From contig CAZIII010000002.1 of the NCBI GenBank assembly GCA_964539425.1, positions 1 to 63,474 of the forward strand: DNA of 63,474 nucleotides, given 5' to 3'. This stretch comes from an uncultured Tissierellaceae bacterium (GTDB taxonomy: Bacteria; Bacillota; Clostridia; Tissierellales; Tissierellaceae). Below are positions 26,909 through 35,834 of the stretch, in pieces. Made by a program: the position numbers and the translations under genes. Under the pieces are notes generated by a model that saw only the letters and a list, made by a program, of their open reading frames with translations, was not told the origin of the DNA and did not search any database. How positions within the stretch are numbered: the first letter of the stretch is position 1; each line of letters begins with the position of its first letter.

Positions 26909-27256
26909 TTACACCTCCCTATATTCGAGAGTTACATACTGCGGGTAACTTTCTATCACAGAATTTATACCTACTACTAAAGAATTTAATACTATTTGTG
27001 TTTTTTCCAATATGGAATTTTCAATATTCTTAGGTAAATTTACATCAAGAAATCCTGTTTTATCGTCAATGGAATATTTAATTTCTCTTTCATCCAGATG
27101 ACACACTTCTACTAAGGATAATAATGCTGTTTGTGACAATACAGATATGGCTGCACATACGATGTCCTTACCATGTTCATCATATTCTGCATGTCCTTTT
27201 ATTGTATATTTCTTGATATAATTATGTTTATCCTTATATATCTTAGCTATAATCAT
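26909..27256 (-). CDS. prp: Ribosomal-processing cysteine protease Prp (YsxB)
   Basis: 115 aa. KGHAEYDEHGKDIVCAAISVLS (His/Cys dyad). Located between rplU and rpmA. Confidence 0.88.
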   Translation of the reverse strand: MIIAKIYKDKHNYIKKYTIKGHAEYDEHGKDIVCAAISVLSQTALLSLVEVCHLDEREIKYSIDDKTGFLDVNLPKNIENSILEKTQIVLNSLVVGINSVIESYPQYVTLEYREV

Positions 27257-27260
27257 ATTA

Positions 27261-27572
27261 TTAGCCTACTATATTTTCAATTCTTACCTTAGTAAATGGT
27301 TGACGATGTCCTTGTTTCTTTCTAATGTTCTTCTTAGCTTTATACTTAAAAACAATGATTTTTTTAGCTTTTCCTTGTTCCAATACTACAGCTTCAACTT
27401 TAGCACCATCAACATAAGGTTTACCAGCAACCAAATTGCCTTCCTTTGACATAATTAAAACTTTATCAAAGCTTACATTTGTTCCTTCTTCTACATCTAG
27501 TTTCTCTACGTAAACTACATCACCTTGTTGCACTCTATATTGTTTACCACCAGTTTCTATTACAGCGTACAT
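27261..27572 (-). CDS. rplU: 50S ribosomal protein L21
   Basis: [25 protein letters not shown]... Start at the ATG at 27570-27572 after GGAGGTG. The track start is a GTG inside the SD. Confidence 0.92.
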   Translation of the reverse strand: MYAVIETGGKQYRVQQGDVVYVEKLDVEEGTNVSFDKVLIMSKEGNLVAGKPYVDGAKVEAVVLEQGKAKKIIVFKYKAKKNIRKKQGHRQPFTKVRIENIVG

Positions 27573-27654
27573 ATTACATTGCACCTCCTCTAACCCAGTC
27601 TCGCCAATGCAGGGTGCCTTTAAGGCTTAAAACCCAGATTGAGCGGCTCTACAC
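27573..27654 (-). ncRNA. Structured 5' leader of rplU (probable L21 ribosomal-protein leader)
   Basis: About 80-nt GC-enriched leader between a consensus promoter and the SD (GGUGUAGAGCCGCUCAAUCUGGGUUUUAAGCCUUAAAGGCACCCUGCAUUGGCGAGACUGGGUUAGAGGAGG). Firmicute rplU operons are known to carry an L21 leader. Not verified with a covariance model. Confidence 0.45.
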
Positions 27655-27660
27655 CAAAAC

Positions 27661-27689
27661 ATTTTACCAAATATAGCTGTAGTTGTCAA
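27661..27689 (-). promoter_or_regulatory. SigA-type promoter of the rplU-prp-rpmA operon
   Basis: Minus strand TTGACA (27684-27689), 17-nt spacer, TAAAAT (27661-27666). Confidence 0.65.
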
Positions 27690-27710
27690 TACCCAAAGAT
27701 TATTACATTT

Positions 27711-28946
27711 TTACTTTTCAATATTAAGTATCCTACCTTTTCCCTCACAGGTAGGACATTTTATATAAAAATCAGTTGTTAATGATCTTCTGATTTTTTT
27801 TCTGGTTAACTCCACCAAACCCAGCTTTGTAATATCAATGATATTTGTTTTTATTCTATCCTTCTTTAAATATCTCTTTAAAGTTGATAGGACCAATTGT
27901 ATATCATCTTTATTTCTCATATCAATAAAATCTACTATTATTATACCACCAATATCTCTTAATCTCATTTGTCTTGCTATTTCTTCTGCAGCCTCTACGT
28001 TGGTTTTCAGTATTGTATCTCCTAAGGAATTGGTGCCCACAAACTTTCCTGTATTTACATCTATAACTGTAAATGCCTCTGTTTCGTCAATGACTATGTA
28101 TCCACCACTCCTGAGCTTAACTATTCTTTCTAGGGCTTCTTTAATATCTTCGTGTATTTTAAATTCGTTTGCTATTGTAAAATCTTTATTTAATTCCATT
28201 TTATTAGAAAAATGAAAGGGATAATGTTCTTCCATTAAAATCAAACTATCATAGACATCTTTATTGTTAACAATAATCTTATCAATATTATCATTATAGC
28301 TGTCTCTAACTATTTGATATCCTAAATCCGGTTCTTTATATATTAGCTTAGGGCAAGGTAAGAAATTTCTTTCTTTTTCTATCTTTATATAAATATTATA
28401 TAAAATATCATATTCTTCCTTCAATATTGATTCATCAATACCATCTGATGCTGTCCTAAATATTATACCCATGTTGTCCTTTATGATTCTACTGCCTATC
28501 TCTTTTAGATTCTTTACTTCAATTGGATTTTCTATCCTTCTTGATATATTTATTCTATTGGAAAAGGGTGTGAAAACTAAATATCTACCTGGCAATTCAA
28601 TATGAGTTGTCACCTTTGCACCTTTATTCCCTGAGGGTTCTTTTTTTACCTGTACAATTGAATCCTGACCTGATTTAATTATTTCAGATATCTTGTATTT
28701 TTCACCAGTATATAGAAGATCCCGTGGCAATGCTTCTTTTACATATAAATACGCATTCTTATCATCACCAATATCTACAAAAGCTGCTTCCATTCCTTGT
28801 AGTACATTGATGACTCTTCCTCTATATATGTTTCCAACTAACTTTTCTTTGCTCCGTTCTTCTGAATGAAATTCCACAAGTCTACCATCTTCAACTATAC
28901 CTACCCTGTCAAATCCATGATCAGAATCTATAAATATATAATTCAT
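27711..28946 (-). CDS. rng: Ribonuclease E/G family protein (RNase G-like, Rng/CafA)
   Basis: N-terminal S1 domain (VGNIYRGRVINVLQGMEAAFVDIG), the catalytic region IVIDETEAFTVIDVNTGKF...NVEAAEEIARQMRLRDIGGIIIVDFIDM, and a C-terminal CPTCEGKG zinc link. Confidence 0.88.
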   Translation of the reverse strand: MNYIFIDSDHGFDRVGIVEDGRLVEFHSEERSKEKLVGNIYRGRVINVLQGMEAAFVDIGDDKNAYLYVKEALPRDLLYTGEKYKISEIIKSGQDSIVQVKKEPSGNKGAKVTTHIELPGRYLVFTPFSNRINISRRIENPIEVKNLKEIGSRIIKDNMGIIFRTASDGIDESILKEEYDILYNIYIKIEKERNFLPCPKLIYKEPDLGYQIVRDSYNDNIDKIIVNNKDVYDSLILMEEHYPFHFSNKMELNKDFTIANEFKIHEDIKEALERIVKLRSGGYIVIDETEAFTVIDVNTGKFVGTNSLGDTILKTNVEAAEEIARQMRLRDIGGIIIVDFIDMRNKDDIQLVLSTLKRYLKKDRIKTNIIDITKLGLVELTRKKIRRSLTTDFYIKCPTCEGKGRILNIEK

Positions 28947-28961
28947 ATGAACTCTCCTATC

Positions 28962-29660
28962 TTACAAAGGCTTATATATATTATCATCCTTTTCTGCGTA
29001 TTGGCCTAGTCTCTTCATCATAACAGAGTCTAAATCAATATTAAGACTAGTGTCCCTATTCATTGCTTCTATAAAATCGTTTGGTCGCAGATTTCCATTT
29101 CCTCCTGATCTTAAAAGTACATCTATTGTAATTTCATTTTCTTTAGAATATTTTACAATTAAATTCCCAATAAAACTCCTTATGTTCTCTTCTCTTTCTA
29201 CTTTTTTCTTGCCTTTTTTCCTTAACCTAGTGATCATTATTTCTTCCTTTAACAACCATTCATTTAGTGCTTTTTCTACTTCTTCCTTGCTATTAGCTTT
29301 ACCTGTATCAAAGGATATTTCATAATATGCCCATGCAATTAGAGAAGCAATTGGTTCATCTTTTTCAAGATATACCCCTTTTACTATTTGTACATCTTTT
29401 GGCAATACATTATTCATCTTTTCAATAAATTCTTCCACAGGAATTTTCTTATCTAGATCTACATCCATATATTCTTCTTCAGATTCAATTCCAAGGGACA
29501 GGGGGTTAGCTATTGAAAACTTAGGATGAGGATTAAATCCTTCAGAATATTTTATTGGAATATCAGCTCTGCCAAATGATCTATGAAATAGTCTCATTAC
29601 ATCCAAATGACCAATATATTTTAGGTAGTTCTTCTTATTAAATATTAACCTTAAAATCAT
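28962..29660 (-). CDS. TIGR03936-type radical SAM-associated protein (DUF2344)
   Basis: 232 aa. KYIGHLDVMRLFHRSFGRADIPIKYSEGFNPHPKFSIANPLSLG matches my recollection of the DUF2344 family. 4-nt overlap with the upstream radical SAM gene. Confidence 0.7.
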   Translation of the reverse strand: MILRLIFNKKNYLKYIGHLDVMRLFHRSFGRADIPIKYSEGFNPHPKFSIANPLSLGIESEEEYMDVDLDKKIPVEEFIEKMNNVLPKDVQIVKGVYLEKDEPIASLIAWAYYEISFDTGKANSKEEVEKALNEWLLKEEIMITRLRKKGKKKVEREENIRSFIGNLIVKYSKENEITIDVLLRSGGNGNLRPNDFIEAMNRDTSLNIDLDSVMMKRLGQYAEKDDNIYKPL

Positions 29661-31504
29661 TTATTTCCACCGCCTAACATTGTGCAGTTCACTATACCAC
29701 AGCCCCTACATTGTTCTCTACAGTCAGGTGTAGTTTTCTCTTCCAATGAATTTTTATATTCCCTAGCTAAATAATCCTTTGATACTCCCGGCTTAATGAA
29801 ATCCCAAGGTAAAACTTCCTCTAATGATCTATCCCTATTAGCATAAAAATGTCCATCTATATTTACTTCCTCCATAGCTTCTAGCCATGAACCATACTTG
29901 AAGTGTTCTGACCATCCGTCAAATTTACATCCTTTTTCCCATACTTTTAATAATAGTTTGGAAATTCTCCTATCTCCACGGGCTATTATTGCTTCTAAGT
30001 AGCTAAGCTCAGGATCATGATAATTAAAAGTTACCTTGTTATCTTTTATGTTATTTTTAACTAAATATATTTTTCTATAGAATTCATCTATAGTATCTTG
30101 GCCCATCCATTGAAAAGGAGTAAATGGTTTTGGTACAAAGCAAGATGCAGAAGCAGTCACTTTTAAGTTCCCTTTTCTTTCCTCTTTTGGCATGGCAAAA
30201 AACATATCTTTAACCTTATATGCTAAGTTTTTTATTCCCATTACATCTTCATCAGTTTCTGTTGGTAAACCAATCATGAAGTATAGTTTTATAGTTGACC
30301 AGCCCTCCTTAAAAACATAGGACACTGTGTTAACTAAATCATCTTCAGTTATACCTTTATTTATTACATCTCTTAATCTTTGGCTGCCTGCTTCAGGTGC
30401 AAAAGTTAATCCAGATTTTCTTACCTTTTCAATTTCCCTTAATACATCTATACTAGAAGAGTCTAACCTTAAGGAAGGTAAAGAAATCCCTACTTTTTTC
30501 TCCTCAAATTTATCCATTAACTTAGTTATTAGTAGATGTAATTCAGAATAATCGCAGGAACTTAAAGAGGATAATGATACATTTTCATATCCTGTACTCT
30601 TGATTAATCTTTCGGCTAATTCTACTATTTTATCTGGTGATTTTTCTCTTACAGGCCTGTATATCATCCCTGCTTGACAAAATCTACATCCATGTGTACA
30701 TCCTCTAAAAATTTCCATACTAACTCGGTCATGTACTGTTTCAATAAATGGTACAATCATTTTTTCTGGTGAGAACATAGAATCTAGATCCCTAATCATT
30801 CTTTTTTTAATTACTGTAGGGACTCCTGGCTCTATAGCTACCATTTCTTTTATTGTATTATCTTCGTTATACACTATATCATAGTATTTTGGTACATAAA
30901 TTCCTTCTAATTCAGATATTTCTCTTAAGAATTTTTCTCTATCCCAATTATCTTCTTTATGTCTTTTATATAAGTTTAGAATCTCTAAAGTTACCTCTTC
31001 ACCTTCACCAATTACAAAGAAATCAATAAAATCAGCTATTGGCTCCGGATTATAAGCACAAGGACCTCCTGCTATTACAAATGGGTCTTCATCTGTTCTA
31101 TCTTTTGATAATAATGGAATATTAGATAAATCCAATATATTTAAGATATTCGTATAGCTCATTTCATATTGCAAAGTAAAACCTAAAAAATCAAAGTTTC
31201 TTACTTCTTCTTTGCTTTCAAGGGTATAAAGTAAAAGATTTTCTCTTCTCATCTCTTCTTCCATATCTATCCATGGTGCAAATACTCTTTCGCATGCAAA
31301 ATCTTCTTCTTCATTAATTAAATTATATAATATATGAAGCCCTAGATGTGACATACCTACCTCATATACATCTGGGAAAGAAAAAGCAAACTTTACCTTA
31401 ATTTTATCTAAGTCTTTTATAACAGAATTTTGTTCCATTCCTATATATCTAGCTGGTTTTTCTACCTTCTTAAGAATTCCATCTAGGATTTTTTTATTTA
31501 TCAT
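29657..31504 (-). CDS. TIGR03960-type radical SAM protein with an N-terminal B12-binding-like domain
   Basis: 615 aa. EIFRGCTHGCRFCQAG (CxxxCxxC), a Rossmann-like N-terminal domain and a C-terminal Cys cluster CREQCRGCGIVNC. Confidence 0.75.
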   Translation of the reverse strand: MINKKILDGILKKVEKPARYIGMEQNSVIKDLDKIKVKFAFSFPDVYEVGMSHLGLHILYNLINEEEDFACERVFAPWIDMEEEMRRENLLLYTLESKEEVRNFDFLGFTLQYEMSYTNILNILDLSNIPLLSKDRTDEDPFVIAGGPCAYNPEPIADFIDFFVIGEGEEVTLEILNLYKRHKEDNWDREKFLREISELEGIYVPKYYDIVYNEDNTIKEMVAIEPGVPTVIKKRMIRDLDSMFSPEKMIVPFIETVHDRVSMEIFRGCTHGCRFCQAGMIYRPVREKSPDKIVELAERLIKSTGYENVSLSSLSSCDYSELHLLITKLMDKFEEKKVGISLPSLRLDSSSIDVLREIEKVRKSGLTFAPEAGSQRLRDVINKGITEDDLVNTVSYVFKEGWSTIKLYFMIGLPTETDEDVMGIKNLAYKVKDMFFAMPKEERKGNLKVTASASCFVPKPFTPFQWMGQDTIDEFYRKIYLVKNNIKDNKVTFNYHDPELSYLEAIIARGDRRISKLLLKVWEKGCKFDGWSEHFKYGSWLEAMEEVNIDGHFYANRDRSLEEVLPWDFIKPGVSKDYLAREYKNSLEEKTTPDCREQCRGCGIVNCTMLGGGNK

Positions 31505-31591
31505 TTGTTTCCACCTTTCATTAATACTTTAGATACTATATTACCACTTATATAGCAATTTTAGTAGGAGAATTTTATTTAAAAGATTTTT

Positions 31592-31622
31592 TCAAAAATT
31601 TAACCTCGGGAAGTTCCCGAGG
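31592..31622 (-). terminator. Intrinsic terminator after the 98-aa ORF
   Basis: CCTCGGG-aagtt-CCCGAGG, followed on the minus strand by TTAAATTTTTG. Confidence 0.65.
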
Positions 31623-31635
31623 CAAGAATTTAAAT

Positions 31636-31932
31636 CTATTGTGAAACTTTATTTATCTTTAAATTTAACTCTTCTATAGTATCCATAGAATTATTTACTA
31701 GCTTTTTTAGATAGTCTTTAATCTTATCGCCATCCTCTTTTAAGCTAAAATCATAATATATGTTTTTTTCTATAATTTTTATAATATTATTAGTAGTAGT
31801 ATTATTAACAATTTTTATTATAAATATAATTAGCAATGTACATAAGATAAATACAATTCTATTTAGCAATTTGTTATAATATTTATTATTTAATCCAAAA
31901 TATCTCTTTTCACCATTTAATCTTTTAATCAT
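31636..31932 (-). CDS. Hypothetical single-pass membrane protein (98 aa)
   Basis: Basic N-terminus, TM helix IVFILCTLLIIFIIKIV, then a Lys/Asn-rich tail. GGTGA SD. No family recognised. Confidence 0.45.
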   Translation of the reverse strand: MIKRLNGEKRYFGLNNKYYNKLLNRIVFILCTLLIIFIIKIVNNTTTNNIIKIIEKNIYYDFSLKEDGDKIKDYLKKLVNNSMDTIEELNLKINKVSQ

Positions 31933-31990
31933 AATATCACCTACCCTATTAATAATATGATATTGATTTAGGGTAGGTTTTATACCAAAA

Positions 31991-33046
31991 TTAATACTCT
32001 CTAATAATAAAACCTGAACTTCCAGCAGATAATACGAAACTATCCTTTATTCCTTCTGTTAGATATATTGATTTATCCTTTGCGATAAAGATTGCTTCTA
32101 TTCCTTCAATGGAGTTAATTAATTCCATCCCTTTATCAATTCCTAGGGCAAATACTGTAGTAGACAATCCATCTCCATCTATGGATTTTTCTGATATTAT
32201 GCTTATTCCCATTATCTCGTTATCAACTGGATATCCTGTTTCAGTATCTATTATATGATGATATTTTGTTCCATTATATATAAAGTACCTCTCATAATCT
32301 CCAGAAGTTACGATGGATTTATTTCTTACTTCCACTATTCCAAGAAAATTCCCTGCGTATTCTAATGGGTTTTGAATACCAATTTTCCAGCTTGAATCAT
32401 CAGCCTTAACCCCATGGGCGAAAATATTTCCACCTAAATTAATCATAGCTATATTTACGTTATTATCTAGTAAAATTCTACTAACTTCATCAGCTGCATA
32501 TCCTTTTACTATACTTCCCAGATTTATTTTCATATCCTTATCTTCTAGGTATACTTGATTGTTTTCTAGCAATTGTAGCTTATTATAATTAATGAGAGAT
32601 TTCATTTCCTCAATCTCTTTTTCTGTTGGAATTTCATCTCTTTCCTTTTCTTCAGATTTAATTCCCCACACGTCAACTAATGGAGCTATTGTAGGATCAT
32701 AAGCACCCATTGAAATTTCAGCATAGTGTTTTGCTCTCTCTATTACAAAATATGTCTCAGGACTTACTGTAACTGGCTTTATACCTGCATTTTCATTTAC
32801 TTTATTAACATCACTGGATTCAATTGTACTACTCATTTTTGCCTCTATTTCCTCTAGTCTAGAGAATACCTTATCCAAAACTTTTTCTTTTTTACTGTCA
32901 TATACTTTAATCGTCATTACAGTATCCATTAAAAACTCTGTTCTAGAAAGTGGTTCACTTGAGTTTATACCTTTATTAACACATCCAGTTAAAGACATGA
33001 GCGATACTAATAATATAATAGATAATTTATATTTTTTAGACTTCAT
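31991..33046 (-). CDS. apbE: FAD:protein FMN transferase (ApbE family) lipoprotein
   Basis: Lipobox LTGC. FLMDTVMTIKVY, GSIVKGYA, DGDGLSTT and related ApbE motifs. Confidence 0.88.
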   Translation of the reverse strand: MKSKKYKLSIILLVSLMSLTGCVNKGINSSEPLSRTEFLMDTVMTIKVYDSKKEKVLDKVFSRLEEIEAKMSSTIESSDVNKVNENAGIKPVTVSPETYFVIERAKHYAEISMGAYDPTIAPLVDVWGIKSEEKERDEIPTEKEIEEMKSLINYNKLQLLENNQVYLEDKDMKINLGSIVKGYAADEVSRILLDNNVNIAMINLGGNIFAHGVKADDSSWKIGIQNPLEYAGNFLGIVEVRNKSIVTSGDYERYFIYNGTKYHHIIDTETGYPVDNEIMGISIISEKSIDGDGLSTTVFALGIDKGMELINSIEGIEAIFIAKDKSIYLTEGIKDSFVLSAGSSGFIIREY

Positions 33047-33065
33047 ATTATCAACTCCAAATTGT

Positions 33066-33098
33066 TTTAAAAAACCCTAACTAAAAAGTTAGGGTTTT
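33066..33098 (-). terminator. Hairpin/terminator between the FMN-binding lipoprotein gene and apbE
   Basis: AACCCTAACT-aaaa-AGTTAGGGTT with flanking A/T runs. Confidence 0.6.
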
Positions 33099-33102
33099 AT
33101 TA

Positions 33103-33909
33103 TTATTTCGCTGTGCTTAAAGCTTGATTTACTAGTTCTAACATTCCATCTCTTGTATTTGTTGCACCTGCAATGCTATCAACATTAAGGTTTTCTGTTC
33201 CATTGTTATCAATGATTAACTTTTGAACTGCTGGAACTACTTCGAATGGAACTGCGTATGAATAGTTTTCTGCAGTTTTTGCATCTCCTATTTTCACGCC
33301 TTCTGATTCTTCTACTGCTAATTCAACATAGTTAACACCAACAATTTGGCCATCTTGAACTTTTACAGTTACTTGTGCTAACCAGCCATGACTAGCTTCT
33401 TCAGCTTTTGCTTCGTAAGTTCCGTCTTTGTATACTGGTGCATAAGATTCGCCTTTTGCTGCTTTATCAAGTAATGAAGTAGTTATTTCTTTGAATGAAC
33501 CTTTTGTACTAGTTGCTCCTGATACTGCGTCAAAATCTACAGCGTTAAGATCTTTTTTCTCATTAAATTGAGCATTTAAATCTTTGATTACTGCAATTCC
33601 ATCAGCATAAGGATAGTTTGATTCATTTTTTGCATCTCCTGATCCTGCTAAATATTCATTATAGTTTATTGAGGATACTTGTCCACCTTCAACTACTAAA
33701 GTTGCCATTGAAAAGTTTGCATGATCACTAACTTCTGTCTTCACTAAGTATGTTCCATCCACTAAGTCACCTTTTGCTACATCTGTAGTATCGCCAGGCT
33801 TACTTTCATCAACTGGTGCTGGTGTTGGTGCTGCTTCCTTCGCACATCCTGTGAAAACTACAGTAGCCATTACTAATACTAATGCTAATGCTAAAAACTT
33901 TCTTTTCAT
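33103..33909 (-). CDS. Lipoprotein with two FMN-binding (FMN_bind) domains, PplA-like extracytoplasmic flavoprotein
   Basis: Lipobox FTGC. Two repeats begin DGTY(L/E).K and end in flavinylation-type motifs DAVSGATSTKGS and DSIAGATNTRDG. Adjacent to apbE. Confidence 0.8.
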   Translation of the reverse strand: MKRKFLALALVLVMATVVFTGCAKEAAPTPAPVDESKPGDTTDVAKGDLVDGTYLVKTEVSDHANFSMATLVVEGGQVSSINYNEYLAGSGDAKNESNYPYADGIAVIKDLNAQFNEKKDLNAVDFDAVSGATSTKGSFKEITTSLLDKAAKGESYAPVYKDGTYEAKAEEASHGWLAQVTVKVQDGQIVGVNYVELAVEESEGVKIGDAKTAENYSYAVPFEVVPAVQKLIIDNNGTENLNVDSIAGATNTRDGMLELVNQALSTAK

Positions 33910-33963
33910 TTTCTTCCTCCCGTTAATTTAAATAATATTTTCTTTTGTTTAATACACTTAAAC

Positions 33964-33992
33964 ATTATACTGTATAATACAATTTAATACAA
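33964..33992 (-). promoter_or_regulatory. SigA-type promoter of the FMN-lipoprotein/apbE unit
   Basis: Minus strand TTGTAT (33987-33992), 17-nt spacer, TATAAT (33964-33969). Confidence 0.55.
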
Positions 33993-34005
33993 CACCTAAT
34001 TATTT

Positions 34006-34284
34006 CTAATTATTTTCCTTTACTTTCAATATAGGAATATTTGCTACTAGGGCTGATATCGTAGTACTATCCACATCTCTTTTCATCCTAGTTAGTTTTA
34101 TGTCTAGTCCCTCTTCATCTATATCAGCATATTGGGATATTACCCTAATTATATCACCTTTAATCATATCTAAAAATTTTGGTGAGAGATCTGCTCTATC
34201 ATGTACTAGTACAAGCTTTAGTCTTTCTTTTGCAACATTTTTGCTTTTTTCTTCTTTTCTACTAAAAAGTTTAAAGATATCCAA
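34006..34284 (-). CDS. minE: Cell division topological specificity factor MinE
   Basis: 92 aa. SKNVAKERLKLVLVHDR is a canonical MinE N-terminus. Follows minD. Confidence 0.9.
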   Translation of the reverse strand: MDIFKLFSRKEEKSKNVAKERLKLVLVHDRADLSPKFLDMIKGDIIRVISQYADIDEEGLDIKLTRMKRDVDSTTISALVANIPILKVKENN

Positions 34285-34296
34285 TAATCTCCCCCC

Positions 34297-35109
34297 CTAT
34301 TTTCCAAATAATAGTTTCATGATCTTAGTAAACTTTCCTTCTTCACCTATGGCTAAATCTAACAATTCTACTTCTTCTCCCATTATTCTCTGTGCAATAT
34401 TTCTATAAGCTTTTCCAGATAACGCCTTTTCATCAGTTACAACTGGTTCACCTTTGTTGGTTGATATAACTATGGCTTCATCGTCTGGAACTATTCCTAA
34501 TAAATCAATGGCAAGAATATCTATGATGTCATCCATATTCATCATATCTCCTCTTTTAACCATTTCATGCCTAATTCTATTAATTATTAATTTAGGGTTA
34601 TGTAGACCCCTTGATTCTAATAATCCAATTACTCTATCTGCGTCTCTTACTGCAGAAATCTCAGGTGTTGTTACAATAATAGCCATATCTGCACCTGCTA
34701 TTGAATTTTGAAATCCCTGTTCTATTCCTGCAGGAGAATCAATAATTATAAAATCAAACTCTTTCTTAAGTTGATTTACTAAATCAAGCATTTGTTCAGG
34801 ATTAACTGCGGACTTGTCCTTTGTTTGAGCAGCAGGTAGAAGATATAATTTATCATACCTTTTATCCCTTATTAAAGCTTGTTTTAGTCTACAATTTTTA
34901 TCAACAACATCTACTATATCGTAAACTATTCTATTTTCAAGTCCCATAACTACATCAAGATTTCTAAGCCCGATATCTGCATCCACAATTACGATTGAAT
35001 TTCCTAAAATAGCCAAGCCTGTCCCAAGATTTGCAGATGTAGTTGTTTTTCCAACTCCACCCTTCCCCGAAGTAACAACTATGGCAGTTCCCAATTTTTC
35101 ATTATCCAT
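34297..35109 (-). CDS. minD: Septum site-determining ATPase MinD
   Basis: VVTSGKGGVGKTTTSANLG deviant Walker A, DSPAGIE, and a C-terminal amphipathic helix KIMKLLFGK. Confidence 0.93.
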   Translation of the reverse strand: MDNEKLGTAIVVTSGKGGVGKTTTSANLGTGLAILGNSIVIVDADIGLRNLDVVMGLENRIVYDIVDVVDKNCRLKQALIRDKRYDKLYLLPAAQTKDKSAVNPEQMLDLVNQLKKEFDFIIIDSPAGIEQGFQNSIAGADMAIIVTTPEISAVRDADRVIGLLESRGLHNPKLIINRIRHEMVKRGDMMNMDDIIDILAIDLLGIVPDDEAIVISTNKGEPVVTDEKALSGKAYRNIAQRIMGEEVELLDLAIGEEGKFTKIMKLLFGK

Positions 35110-35127
35110 TTATTATCCTCCCTCTAT

Positions 35128-35793
35128 TTATTTATTAGGTAAATAAGGCTCAATAACTACTTCTCCTTCTTTAATCCTCGCTATCTCTGGAACTCTGTAG
35201 GTCTCTAAATATTCGTCTGGAGATCTTGAAATCTTATCTCCAATACGAAGCTGTGTAGGTTGTAAATTGTAAGAAGCAACTATAGAATTTAGATTCCCAT
35301 TCATTCCTGCATGTGCTACTCCTCTAAGTGTACCGAGGACTATTATATTGCCATTAGCTACTATAAGAGCTCCGGGGTTAACATCCCCCACTATAACTAT
35401 ATTACCATCATATTCTACTACTTGCCCTGATCTTAATGTCCCATTTACGAATCTTGTCATTCCACATTCAATACCTTCAAAAACACTATCACTATTATCA
35501 TCTTTAATACTTTTATTATCTGTTTCTGAATGTAATTGTGCAATATGCTGTGGTAGTTCTTCATTGGATACAATAAAATCATATTTATATTTTAAAATCA
35601 TCTTCAATTCCGCTATATCTTCTGGAGGCATTGAATCAGATTTTATACCAAGGAGCTTTGTACCGCGATAAAAATTAATAGTATTTTTCAACTTTGTATC
35701 TAGTTCATTTTTTATGTCTAAAAAACTATCGCCTTCTATATTAACAAATATTCCTTCCTTTACGCCTTTAAATGTAATAAGTTCTTCTCTCAC
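35128..35793 (-). CDS. minC: Septum site-determining protein MinC
   Basis: 221 aa. C-terminal beta-helix repeats (GQVVEYDGNIVIVGDVNPGALIVANGNIIVLG). Upstream of minD. Confidence 0.88.
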   Translation of the reverse strand: MREELITFKGVKEGIFVNIEGDSFLDIKNELDTKLKNTINFYRGTKLLGIKSDSMPPEDIAELKMILKYKYDFIVSNEELPQHIAQLHSETDNKSIKDDNSDSVFEGIECGMTRFVNGTLRSGQVVEYDGNIVIVGDVNPGALIVANGNIIVLGTLRGVAHAGMNGNLNSIVASYNLQPTQLRIGDKISRSPDEYLETYRVPEIARIKEGEVVIEPYLPNK

Positions 35794-35834
35794 TTTATTT
35801 AGTACCTCCGCAATAGTCTGAAGTTATCCTACTT

